The notes beneath the pieces were generated by a model. It ran no database searches and was not told where the DNA came from. It saw nothing but the letters and a program-made list of their open reading frames with translations. From the human T2T-CHM13v2.0 reference genome, Homo sapiens: 64,000 bases of DNA. Numbering within the stretch: the first letter of the stretch is position 1; each line of letters starts with the position of its first letter. Of the stretch, positions 14,227 to 28,443 are shown in pieces. The translations under genes and the position numbers were made by a program. Location: the NCBI GenBank assembly GCA_009914755.4, contig CP086569.2:36000001-36064000 (forward strand), given 5' to 3'.

Positions 14227-17200
14227 GAGTCGAAACTAATGGACTGGAATAGAATGGACTCGACTGGTACGGACTCCAATGGAATGGAATCGAATGGAAG
14301 GGAATCGAACGGAATGGACTCGAAGGGAAAAGACTGCAATGGAAAGGTCTCGAATGGAATGGAAATTAATGGAATGGAATGGAATCGAATGAAATGGAGT
14401 CAAAAGGAATGGAATCGAATGGCAAGAAATCGAATGTAATGGAATCGCAAGGAATTGATGTGAACGGAACGGAATGGAATGGAATCCAAAGGAATGGAAT
14501 AGAATGGAATGGAATCGAATGGAAAGGACTCGAATGGAAATCACTCGAATAGAATGCAATTTAATAAAATAGGATCAAATGTAATGGAATGGAATGGAAA
14601 GGAATCGAAACGAAAGGAATGGAGACAGATGGAATGGAATGGAACAGAGAGCAATGGTATAGAATGGAATGGAATCATCTGGAATGGAATTGAATGGAAT
14701 GGAATAATATGAAATGGAATGGAATGGAATGGAATGGAATGCCCTTGAATTAAATGGACTGGAATGGAATGGACTCGAACAGAGTGGAACGGAAAGTGTT
14801 GAGATAGAATGGAATGGACTCCTTTGGAATGGTGTAGTATGCAATGCAATCGACTGGCAGGGAATCAAAAGGAATGTAATCGAATGGATTGGACTGGAAT
14901 GCAATGGACTCGAATAGATTGGAAACGGAATGCAAAGGAATGGAATGGAATAGTATGGAATGGAATGGAAAGGAATGGAGTGGAATAGACTAGAGTGGAA
15001 TGGAATGGACTGGAAAGCAATGGACTGGAATGGAACTTTCTTGAATGGACTGGAATCAAACGGAATGGAATGCAATGCAATCAAATGGCATGGAATAAAG
15101 TAGAATGAAAGAGAATCAAATGGAATTGAATCGAATGGAATCGAATGGATTGGAAAGGAATAGAATGGAATGGAATGGAATTGACTCAAATGGAATGGAC
15201 TAGAATGGAATGGATTCGAATGGAAGGCAAAGGAATGGAATCTATTGGAATGGACTGTAATGGAATGGAATGGAAGGGATTGGAATGGACTCGAATGGAA
15301 TGGACTGCAATAGAAAGGATTCGAATGGAATGAAAAAGAATTGAATGGAATAGAACAGAATGGAATCAAATCGAATGAAATGGAATGGAATAGAAAGGAA
15401 TGGAATGAAATGGAATAGAAAGGATTCGAATGGAATGCAATCGAATGGAATGGAATCGAAAGGAATGGAATAAAATGGAAGAAAACTGGCAAGTGGAGTG
15501 TTATGGAACGGACTCAAAAGGAATTGAATGGAATAGAATGGAATGGAGTGGACTCGAATATAATGGACTGGAATGGAATGAAATCACATGGAATGGGAAC
15601 GAATGGAATGGAATGGAAAGGAATGGAATCGAATGGAAAGGAATCGAATGGAAGGGAATGAAATTGAATCAACAGGAATGGAAGGGAATAGAATAGACGG
15701 TAATGGAATGGACTCGAATAGAATGGACAGGAATGCTCAAATTGAATGGACTCGAATGGAATGGAAACGAAAGGAATGTCATCGAATGGAATTGAATCGA
15801 TTGTAATGAAATCGCATAGAATGGAGTGGAATCAAATGGAATTGAATCGAAAGGAAAGGAAGCAAATGGACTGAAATGAAATGGAATGGAATTGAATGGA
15901 AAGTTATGTAATGGAATAGAATGGAACGAAATTTCACGGAATGGAATCAAACTGAATGGAATCAAATCAATGGAATCAAATCAAATGGAATGGAAAGGAA
16001 TTGAATGGAGTAGATTGGATTGGATGGGATTGGAATGAAATGTACTGGAAAGGACTCGAATTTCATGAAACAGAATGGAATGAATTGGAACGGAATGGAC
16101 TCGAATGGAATGGAATGTCATGGAATGGCATCAAATGGAATGGCATCAAATGGAATGGAATCGAATGCAATGGAAGGCTATGGAATGGAATGGAATGCAT
16201 TGGAATGGAATGTCCTCTAATGGAATGGATTCGAGTGGAATGGAATCGAATATAATGGAGTCGAATGAAATGGAATTGAAAGGAATGGGATCGAATAGAA
16301 TGGAATATACTGGAATGTAATGTAATGAACTCGAATGTAATTGACTGGAATGGAATGTACATGAATGGAATGTAATCGAATGGAAAGTAATCCAATGGAA
16401 TAGAATCTAATGCAATAAAACCGACTCAGATAGAGTAGAATGTAATGGAATGGAGTGCAGTGCAATGGAATGGAATGGAATGGAATGCAATGGAATGGAA
16501 TGGAATGGAATGGAATGGAATGGAATGGAATGGAATGGTGTGGAATGGATAGTAATGGACTGGAGTGAAATGGACTGGAAAGGAATGGACTCAAATTGAA
16601 AGGGCTCGAAAGGAATGGAGTCAAATGGAATGGTCTGGAATGGAATGAACACGAATGTAATGCAATCCAGTAGAATGGAATCGAATGGCATGGAATATAA
16701 AGAAATGGAATCGAAGAGAATGGAAACAAATGGAATGGAATTGAATGGAATGGAATTGAATGGAATGGGAACGAATGGAGTGAAATTGTATGCTGTAGAA
16801 GAGAATAGAATGGAATGCAAGCGAAAGGAAAGGAATGGATTAGAATGGAATGGAATTCATTGGAATGGAAGGGAATGTAGTGTAATGGACAGGCCTGGAA
16901 TAAAGTGGAATGCTACGGTCTCGAATGGAATAAAAATATATGGAATGGAATGCAATGAAACGGAATCGAATGTCATAGAATGTAATGGAATGAAAGAAAT
17001 GGAATCCAAAAACATTGACTGGAAAGGCTGGGTGTCGAAAGGAATTGACTCCAATGGAATGGAATCGAATGGAATGGAAGTGAATAGAATCGAACTAAAT
17101 CGAATGGAATGGAATTGATAGGAACGGAATGGAAAGGAATGCAATGATTTGGCATGGAATGGAATCGAATGGCATCGAATGGAATGGAATGGAATGCAAT

Positions 17201-17766
17201 GGAATGGAAAGTATTAGAAAGTAATGAACTTTAATGGAATGTACTCGAATGGATTCGACTGGAATGGAATGTTCTGGAAGTGAATGGACTCCAATGGAAT
17301 GGATTCAAAAGGAATGGAATCGTACGGAATGGAATCTAATGGAATGGAATTAAATGGAAATGAATCAAATTGAATAGCACGGAATTGAATTGAATGGAAT
17401 GGAATGCAATGGAATCTAATGAAACGGAAAGGAAAGGAATGGAATGGAATGGAAAGGGCTGGAATGGAAAGGAATCGAAACGAATGGAATGGAATCGAAC
17501 TGAAGAGACTGGAATGGAATGCACTGGAATGGAAGGGAGTGTAATGGAAGGTTCTCGAAAAAAATGGAATCGAATGGAATGGAATTGAATGGAACGGAAT
17601 AGAGTCGAATGGAATTGAATGGAATGGAATGGACTAGAGTGAAATGGAATCGAACCACAAGGAATGGAGAGGAATAGAATGGTCTCGAATTGAATGGAAT
17701 CGTATGGAATGGCATCAAACGGAATGGAATGGACAGCCACGGAATGGAATGCACTCGAATGCAATG
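14227..17766 (+). repeat. HOR unit 5 (3540 bp; shortest full unit, with a ~19-bp loss near 15481-15500)
   Basis: Anchors at 14227 and 17767. Unit 5 reads gaaaactggcaagtggagtgttatgg where other units read gaaaactggcaagaaatggaatcgaaatgaatggagtgttatgg. Confidence 0.85.
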
Positions 17767-20700
17767 GAGTCGAAACTAATGGACTGGAATAGAATGGACT
17801 CGACTGGTACGGACTCCAATGGAATGGAATCGAATGGAAGGGAATCGAACGGAATGGACTCGAAGGGAAAAGACTGCAATGGAAAGGTCTCGAATGGAAT
17901 GGAAATTAATGGAATGGAATGGAATCGAATGAAATGGAGTCAAAAGGAATGGAATCGAATGGCAAGAAATCGAATGTAATGGAATCGCAAGGAATTGATG
18001 TGAATGGAGCGGAATGGAATGGAATCCAAAGGAATGGAATCGAATGGAAAGGACTAGAATGGAAATCACTCGAATAGAATGCAATTTAATAAAATAGGAT
18101 CAAATGTAATGGAATGGAATGGAAAGGAATCGAAACGAAAGGAATGGAGACAGATGGAATGGAATGGAACAGAGAGCAATGGTATAGAATGGAATGGAAT
18201 CATCTGGAATGGAATTGAATGGAATGGAATAATATGAAATGGAATGGAATGGAATGGAATGGAATGCCCTTGAATTAAATGGACTGGAATGGAATGGACT
18301 CGAACAGAGTGGAATGGAAAGTGTTGAGATAGAATGGAATGGACTCCTTTGGAATGGTGTAGTATGCAATGCAATCGACTAGCAGGGAATCAAAAGGAAT
18401 GTAATGGAATGGATTGGACTGGAATGCAATGGACTCGAATAGATTGGAAACGGAATGCAAAGGAATGCAATGGAATAGGATGGAATGGAATGGAAAGGAA
18501 TGGAGTGGAATAGACTAGAGTGGAATGGAATGGACTGGAAAGCAATGGACTGGAATGGAACTTTCTTGAATGGACTGGAATCAAACGGAATAGAATGCAA
18601 TGCCATCAAATGGCATGGAATAAAATAGAATGAAAGAGAATCAAATGGAATTGAATCGAATGGAATCGAATGGATTGGAAAGGAATAGAATGGAATGGAA
18701 TGGAATTGACTCAAATGGAATGGATTCGAATGGAATGGATTCGAATGGAAGGCAAAGGAATGGAATCTATTGGAATGGACTGTAATGGACTGTAATGGAA
18801 TGGAATGGAAAGGATTGGAATGGACTCGAATGGAATGGACTGCAATAGAAAGGATTCGAATGGAATGAAAAAGAATTGAATGGAATAGAACAGAATGGAA
18901 TCAAATCGAATGAAATGGAATGGAATAGAAAGGAATGGAATGAAATGGAATGGAAAGGATTCGAATGGAATGCAATCGAATGGAATGGAATCGAACGGAA
19001 TGGAATAAAATGGAAGAAAACTGGCAAGAAATGGAATCGAAATGAATGGAGTGTTATGGAACGGACTCAAAAGGAATTGAATGTAATAGAATGGAGTGGA
19101 GTGGACTCGAATATAATGGACTGGAATGGAATGAAATCACATGGAATGGGAACGAATGGAATGGAATGGAAAGGAATGGAATCGAATGGAAAGGAATCGA
19201 ATGGAAGGGAATGAAATTGAATCAACAGGAATGGAAGGGAATAGAATAGACGGTAATGGAATGGACTCGAATAGAATGGACACGAATGCTCAAATTGAAT
19301 GGACTCGAATGGAATGGAAATGAAAGGAATGTCATCGAATGGAATTGAATCGATTGGAATGAAATCGCATAGAATGGAGTGGAATCAAATGGAATTGAAT
19401 CGAAAGGAAAGGAAGCGAATGGACTGAAATGAAATGGAATGGAATTGAATGGAAAGTAATGCAATGGAATAGAATGGAACGAAATTTCACGGAATGGAAT
19501 CAAACTGAATGGAATCAAATCAATGGAATCAAATCAAATGGAATGGAAAGGAATTGAATGGAGTAGATTGGATTGGATGGGATTGGAATGAAATGTACTG
19601 GAAAGGACTCGAATTTCATGAAACGGAATGGAATGAATTGGAACGGAATGGACTCGAATGGAATGGAATGTCATGGAATGGCATCAAATGGAATGGCATC
19701 AAATGGAATGGAATCGAATGCAATGGAATGCTATGGAATGGAATGGAATGCATTGGAATGGAATGTCCTCTAATGGAATGGATTCGAGTGGAATGGAATC
19801 GAATATAATGGAGTCGAATGAAATGGAATTGAAAAGAATGGGATCGAATACAATGGAATATACTGGAATGTAATGTAATGAACTCGAATGTAATTGACTG
19901 GAATGGAATGTACATGAATGGAATGTAATCGAATGGAAAGTAATCCAATGGAATAGAATCTAATGCAATAAAACCGACTCAGATAGAGTAGAATGTAATG
20001 GAATGGAGTGCAGTGCAATGGAAGGGAATGGAATTGAATGCAATGGAATGGAATGGAATGGAATGGAATGGAATGGAATGGAATGGAATGGAATGGGATG
20101 GAATGGTATGGAATGGATAGTAATGGACTGGAGTGAAATGGACTGGAAAGGAATGGACTCAAATTGAAAGGGCTCGAAAGGAATGGAGTCAAATGGAATG
20201 GTCTGGAATGGAATGAACACGAAAGTAATGCAATCCAATAGAATGGAATCGAATGGCATGGAATATAAAGAAATGGAATCGAAGAGAATGGAAACAAATG
20301 GAATGGAATTGAATGGAATGGAATTGAATGGAATGGGAACGAATGGAGTGAAATTGTATGCAGTAGAAGGGAATAGAATGTAATGCAAGCGAAAGGAAAG
20401 GAATGGATTGGAATGGAATGGAATTCATTGGAATGGAAGGGAATGTAGTGTAATGGACAGGCCTGGAATAAAGTGGAATGCTACGGTCTCGAATGGAATA
20501 AAAATGTATGGAATGGAATGCAATGAAACGGAATCGAATGTCATAGAATGTAATGGAATGCAAAAAAATGGAATCCAAAATCATTGACTGGAAAGGCTGG
20601 GTGTCGAAAGGAATTGACTCCAATGGAATGGAATCGAATGGAATGGAAGTGAATAGAATCGAACTAAATCGAATGGAATGGAATTGATAGGAACGGAATG

Positions 20701-21335
20701 GAAAGGAATGCAATGATTTGGCATGGAATGGAATCGAATGGCATCGAATGGAGTGGAATGGAATGCAATGGAATGGAATGTATTAGAATGTAATGAACTT
20801 TAATGGAATGTACTCGAATGGATTCGACTGGAATGGAATGTTCTGGAAGTGAATGGACTCCAATGGAATGGATTCAAAAGGAATGGAATCGTACGGAATG
20901 GAATCTAATGGAATGGAATTAAATGGAAATGAATCAAATTGAATAGCACGGAATTGAATTGAATGGAATCGAATGCAATGGAATCTAATGAAACGGAAAG
21001 GAAAGGAATGGAATGGAATGGAATGGACTGGAATGGAAAGGAATCGAAACGAATGGAATGGAATCGAACTGAAGAGACTGGAATGGAATGCACTGGAATG
21101 GAAGGGAGTGTAATGGAAGGTTCTCGAAAGAAATGGAATCGAATGGAATGGAATTGAATGGAACGGAATAGAGTCGAATGGAATTGAATGGAATGGAACG
21201 GACTAGAGTGAAATGGAATCGAACCGCAAGGAATGGACAGGAATAGAATGGTCTCGAATTGAATGGAATCATATGGAATGGCATCAAACGGAATGGAATG
21301 GACAGCCACGGAATGGAATGCACTCGAATGCAATG
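17767..21335 (+). repeat. HOR unit 6 (3569 bp; carries a 15-bp deletion near 18040-18060)
   Basis: Anchors at 17767 and 21336. The 107-aa minus-strand ORF seen in other units is 102 aa here (17776..18084). Confidence 0.85.
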
Positions 21336-24300
21336 GAGTCGAAACTAATGGACTGGAATAGAATGGACTCGACTGGTACGGACTCCAATGGAATGGAATC
21401 GAATGGAAGGGAATCGAACGGAATGGACTCGAAGGGAAAAGACTGCAATGGAAAGGTCTCGAATGGAATGGAAATTAATGGAATGGAATGGAATCGAATG
21501 AAATGGAGTCAAAAGGAATGGAATCGAATGGCAAGAAATCGAATGTAGTGGAATCGCAAGGAATTGATGTGAACGGAACGGAATGGAATGGAATCCAAAG
21601 GAATGGAATAGAATGGAATGGAATCGAATGGAAAGGACTCGAATGGAAATCACTCGAATAGAATGCAATTTAATAAAATAGGATCAAATGTAATGGAATG
21701 GAATGGAAAGGAATCGAATCGAAAGGAATGGAGACAGATGGAATGGAATGGAACAGAGAGCAATGGTATAGAATGGAATGGAATCATCTGGAATGGAATT
21801 GAATGGAATGGAATAATATGAAATGGAATGGAATGGAATGGAATGGAATGCCCTTGAATTAAATGGACTGGAATGGAATGGACTCGAACAGAGTGGAATG
21901 GAAAGTGTTGAGATAGAATGGAATGGACTCCTTTGGAATGGTGTAGTATGCAATGCAATCGACTGGCAGGGAATCAAAAGGAATGTAATGGAATGGATTG
22001 GAGTGGAATGCAATGGACAGGAATAGATTGGAAACGGAATGCAAAGGAATGGAATGGAATAGTATGGAATGGAATGGAAAGGAATGGAGTGGAATAGACT
22101 AGAGTGGAATGCAATGGACTGGAAAGCAATGGACTGGAATGGAACTTTCTTGAATGGACTGGAATCAAACGGAATGGAATGCAATGCAATCAAATGGCAT
22201 GGAATAAAATAGAATGAAAGAGAATCAAATGGAATTGAATCGAATGGAATCGAATGGATTGGAAAGGAATAGAATGGAATGGAATGGAATTGACTCAAAT
22301 GGAATGGACTAGAATGGAATGGATTCGAATGGAAGGCAAAGGCATGGAATCTATTGGAATGGACTGTAATGGAATGGAATGGAAGGGATTGGAATGGACT
22401 CGAATGGAATGGACTGCAATAGAAAGGATTCGAATGGAATGAAAAAGAATTGAATGGAATAGAACAGAATGGAATCAAATCGAATGAAATGGAATGGAAT
22501 AGAAAGGAATGGAATGAAATGGAATGGAAAGGATTCGAATGGAATGCAATCGAATGGAATGGAATCGAACGGAATGGAATAAAATGGAAGAAAACTGGCA
22601 AGAAATGGAATCGAAATGAATGGAGTGTTTTGGAACGGACTCAAAAAGAATTGAATGTAATAGAATGGAGTGGAGTGGACTCGAATATAATGGACTGGAA
22701 TGGAATGAAATCACATGGAATGGGAACGAATGGAATGGAATGGAAAGGAATGGAATCGAATGGAAAGGAATCGAATGGAAGGGAATGAAATTGAATCAAC
22801 AGGAATGGAAGGGAATAGAATAGACGGTAATGGAATGGACTCGAATAGAATGGACACGAATGCTCAAATTGAATGGACTCGAATGGAATGGAAACGAAAG
22901 GAATGTCATCGAATGGAATTGAATCGATCGGAATGAAATCGCATAGAATGGAGTGGAATCAAATGGAATTGAATCGAAAGGAAAGGAAGCGAATGGACTG
23001 AAATGAAATGGAATGGAATTGAATGGAAAGTAATGAAATGGAATAGAATGGAACGAAATTTCACGGAATGGAATCAAACTGAATGGAATCAAATCAATGG
23101 AATCTAATCAAATGGAATGGAAAGGAATTGAATGGAGTAGATTGGATTGGATGGGATTGGAATGAAATGTACTGGAAAGGACTCGAATTTCATGAAACGG
23201 AATGGAATGAATTGGAACGGAATGGACTCGAATGGAATGGAATGTCATGGAATGGCATCAAATGGAATGGCACCAAATGGAATGGAATCGAATGCAATGG
23301 AATGCTATGGAATGGAATGGAATGCATTGGAATGGAATGTCCTCTAATGGAATGGATTCGAGTGGAATGGAATCGAATATAATGGAGTCGAATGAAATGG
23401 AATTGAAAGGAATGGGATCGAATACAATGGAATATACTGGAATGTAATGTAATGAACTCGAATGTAATTGACTGGAATGGAATGTACATGAATGGAATGT
23501 AATCGAATGGAAAGTAATCCAATGGAATAGAATCTAATGCAATAAAACCGACTCAGATAGAGTAGAATGTAATGGAATGGAGTGCAGTGCAATGGAATGG
23601 AATGGAATTGAATGCAATGGAATGGAATGGAATGGAATGGAATGGAATGGGATGGAATGGTATGGAATGGATAGTAATGGACTGGAGTGAAATGGACTGG
23701 AAAGGAATGGACTCAAATTGAAAGGGCTCGAAAGGAATGGAGTCAAATGGAATGGTCTGGAATGGAATGAACACGAATGTAATGCAATCCAATAGAACGG
23801 AATCGAATGGCATGGAATATAAAGAAATGGATTCGAAGAGAATGGAAACAAATGGAATGGAATTGAATGGAATGGAATTGAATGGAATGGGAACGAATGG
23901 AGTGAAATTGTATGCAGTAGAAGGGAATAGAATGGAATGCAAGCGAAAGGAAAGGAATGGATTGGAATGGAATGGAATTCATTGGAATGGAAGGGAATGT
24001 AGTGTATTGGACAGGCCTGGAATAAAGTGGAATGCTACGGTCTCGAATGGAATAAAAATGTATGGAATGGAATGCAATGAAACGGAATCGAATGTCATAG
24101 AATGTAATGGAATGCAACAAAATGGAATCCAAAATCATTGACTGGAAAGGCTGGGTGTCGAAAGGAATTGACTCCAATGGAATGGACTCGAATGGAATGG
24201 AAGTGAATAGAATCGAACTAAATCGAATGGAATGGAATTGATAGGAACGGAATGGAAAGGAATGCAATGATTTGGCATGGAATGGAATCGAATGGCATCG

Positions 24301-24884
24301 AATGGAATGGAATGGAATGTAATGGAATGGAATGTATTAGAATGTAATGAGCTTTAATGGAATGTACTCGAATGGATTCGACTGGAATGGAATGTTCTGG
24401 AAGTGAATGGACTCCAATGGAATGGATTCAAAAGGAATGGAATCGTACGGAATGGAATCTAATGGAATGGAATTAAATGGAAATGAATCAAATTGAATAG
24501 CACGGAATTGAATTGAATGGAATGGAATGCAATGGAATCTAATGAAACGGAAAGGAAAGGAATGGAATGGAATGGGCTGGAATGGAAAGGAATCGAAACG
24601 AATGGAATGGAATCGAACTGAAGAGACTGGAATGGAATGCACTGGAATGGAAGGGAGTGTAATGGAAGGTTCTCGAAAAAAATGGAATCGAATGGAATGG
24701 AATTGAATGGAACGGAATAGAGTCGAATGGAATTGAATGGAATGGAATGGACTAGAGTGAAATGGAATCGAACCACAAGGAATGGACAGGAATAGAATGG
24801 TCTCGAATTGAATGGAATCGTATGGAATGGCATCAAACGGAATGGAATGGACAGCCACGGAATGGAATGCACTCGAATGCAATG
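21336..24884 (+). repeat. HOR unit 7 (3549 bp)
   Basis: Anchors at 21336 and 24885. Confidence 0.85.
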
Positions 24885-27800
24885 GAGTCGAAACTAATGG
24901 AATGGAATAGAATGGACTCGACTGGTACGGACTCCAATGGAATGGAATCGAATGGAAGGGAATCGAACGGAATGGACTCGAAGGGAAAAGACTGCAATGG
25001 AAAGGTCTCGAATGGAATGGAAATTAATGGAATGGAATGGAATCGAATGAAATGGAGTCAAAAGGAATGGAATCGAATGGCAAGAAATCGAATGTAATGG
25101 AATCGCAAGGAATTGATGTGAACGGAACGGAATGGAATGGAATCCAAAGGAATGGAATAGAATGGAATGGAATCGAATGGAAAGGACTCGAATGGAAATC
25201 ACTCGAATAGAATGCAATTTAATAAAATAGGATCAAATGTAATGGAATGGAATGGAAAGGAATCGAAACGAAAGGAATGTAGACAGATGGAATGGAATAG
25301 AACAGAGAGCAATGGTATAGAATGGAATGGAATCATCTGGAATGGAATTGAATGGAATGGAATAATATGAAATGGAATGGAATGGAATGGAATGGAATGC
25401 CCTTGAATTAAATGGACTGGAATGGAATGGACTCGAACAGAGTGGAATGGAAAGTGTTGAGATAGAATGGAATGGACTCCTTTGGAATGGTGTAGTATGC
25501 AATGCAATCGACTGGCATGGAATCAAAAGGAATGTAATGGAATGGATTGGACTGGAATGCAATGGACTCGAATAGATTGCAAACGGAATGCAAAGGAATG
25601 GAATGGAATAGTATGGAATGGAATGGAAAGGAATGGAGTGGAATAGACTAGAGTGGAATGCAATGGACTGGAAAGCAATGGACTGGAATGGAACTTTCTT
25701 GAATGGACTGGAATCAAACGGAATGGAATGCAATGCAATCAAATGGCATGGAATAAAATAGAATGAAAGAGAATCAAATGGAATTGAATCGAATGGAATC
25801 GAATGGATTGGAAAGGAATAGAATGGAATGGAATGGAATTGACTCAAATGGAATGGACTAGAATGGAATGGATTCGAATGGAAGGCAAAGGAATGGAATC
25901 TATTGGAATGGACTGTAATGGAATGGAATGGAAGGGATTGGAATGGACTCGAATGGAATGGACTGCAATAGAAAGGATTCGAATGGAATGAAAAAGAATT
26001 GAATGGAATAGAACAGAATGGAATCAAATCGAATGAAATGGAATGGAATAGAAAGGAATGGAATGAAATGGAATGGAAAGGATTCGAATGGAATGCAATC
26101 GAATGGAATGGAATCGAACGGAATGGAATAAAATGGAAGAAAACTGGCAAGAAATGGAATCGAAATGAATGGAGTGTTATGGAACGGACTCAAAAGGAAT
26201 TGAATGTAATAGAATGGAGTGGAGTGGACTCGAATATAATGGACTGGAATGGAATGAAATCACATGGAATGGGAACGAATGGAATGGAATGGAAAGGAAT
26301 GGAATCGAATGGAAAGGAATCGAATGGAAGGGAATGAAATTGAATCAACAGGAATGGAAGGGAATAGAATAGACGGTAATGGAATGGACTCGAATAGAAT
26401 GGACACGAATGCTCAAATTGAATGGACTCGAATGGAATGGAAACGAAAGGAATGTCATCGAATGGAATTGAATCGATTGGAATGAAATCGCATAGAATGG
26501 AGTGGAATCAAATGGAATTGAATCGAAAGGAAAGGAAGCGAATGGACTGAAATGAAATGGAATGGAATTGAATGGAAAGTAATGCAATGGAATAGAATGG
26601 AACGAAATTTCACGGAATGGAATCAAACTGAATGGAATCAAATCAATGGAATCTAATCAAATGGAATGGAAAGGAATTGAATGGAGTAGATTGGATTGGA
26701 TGGGATTGGAATGAAATGTACTGGAAAGGACTCGAATTTCATGAAACGGCATGGAATGAATTGGAACGGAATGGACTCGAATGGAATGGAATGTCATGGA
26801 ATGGCATCAAATGGAATGGCATCAAATGGAATGGAATCGAATGCAATGGAATGCTATGGAATGGAATGGAATGCATTGGAATGGAATGTCCTCTAATGGA
26901 ATGGATTCGAGTGGAATGGAATCGAATATAATGGAGTCGAATGAAATGGAATTGAAAGGAATGGGATCGAATACAATGGAATATACTGGAATGTAATGTA
27001 ATGAACTCGAATGTAATTGACTGGAATGGAATGTACATGAATGGAATGTAATCGAATGGAAAGTAATCCAGTGGAATAGAATCTAATGCAATAAAATCGA
27101 CTCAGATAGAGTAGAATGTAATGGATTGGAGTGCAGTGCAATGGAATGGAATGGAATGGAATGCAATGGAATGGAATGGAATGGAATGGAATGGAATGGA
27201 ATGGGATGGAATGGTATGGAATGGATAGTAATGGACTGGAGTGAAATGGACTGGAAAGGAATGGACTCAAATTGAAAGGGCTCGAAAGGAATGGAGTCAA
27301 ATGGAATGGTCTGGAATGGAATGAACACGAATGTAATGCAATCCAATAGAATGTAATCGAATGGCATGGAATATAAAGAAATGGAATCGGAGAGAATGGA
27401 AACAAATGGAGTGGAATTGAATGGAATGGAATTGAATGGACTGGGAACGAATGGAGTGAAATTGTATGCAGTAGATGGGAATAGAATGGAATGCAAGCGA
27501 AAGGAAAGGAATGGATTGGAATGGAATGGAATTCATTGGAATGGAAGGGAATGTAGTGTAATGGACAGGCCTGGAATAAAGTGGAATGCTACGGTCTCGA
27601 ATGGAATAAAAATGTATGGAATGGAATGCAATGAAATGGAATCGAATGTCATAGAATGTAATGGAATGCAACAAAATGGAATCCAAAATCATTGACTGGA
27701 AAGGGTGGGTGTCGAAAGGAATTGACTCCAATGGAATGGAATCGAATGGAATGGAAGTGAATAGAATCGAACTAAATCGAATGGAATGGAATTGATAGGA

Positions 27801-28443
27801 ACGGAATGGAAAGGAATGCAATGATTTGGCATGGAATGGAATCGAATGGCATCGAACGGAATGGAATGGAATGCAATGGAATGGAATGTATTAGAATGTA
27901 ATGAACTTTAATGGAATGTACTCGAATGGATTCGACTGGAATGGAATGTTCTGGAAGTGAATGGACTCCAATGGAATGGATTCAAAAGGAATGGAATCGT
28001 ACGGAATGGAATCTAATGGAATGGAATTAAATGGAAATGAATCAAATTGAATAGCACGCAATTGAATTGAATGGAATGGAATGCAATGGAATCTAATGAA
28101 ACGGCAAGGAAAGGAATGGAATGGAATGGAATGGGCTGGAATGGAAAGGAATCGAAACGAATGGAATGGAATCGAACTGAAGAGACTGGAATGGAATGCA
28201 CTGGAATGGAAGGGAGTGTAATTGAAGTTTCTCGAAAAAAATGGAATCGAATGGAATGGAATTGAATGGAACGGAATAGAGTCGAATGGAATTGAATGGA
28301 ATGGAATGGACTAGAGTGAAATGGAATCGAACCACAAGGAATGGACAGGAATAGAATGGTCTCGAATTGAATGGAATCGTATGGAATGGCATCAAACGGA
28401 ATGGAATGGACAGCCACGGAATGGAATGCACTCGAATGCAATG
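24885..28443 (+). repeat. HOR unit 8 (3559 bp)
   Basis: Anchors at 24885 and 28444. The anchor at 28444 reads gagtcgacactaatgg (aaac->acac variant). Confidence 0.85.

Noticed and set aside
17776-18084. The 102-aa versus 107-aa ORF length difference in unit 6 as a meaningful frameshift or pseudogenisation
   Set aside because: It is a 15-bp (three-pentamer) deletion in a non-coding satellite. There is no gene to inactivate.
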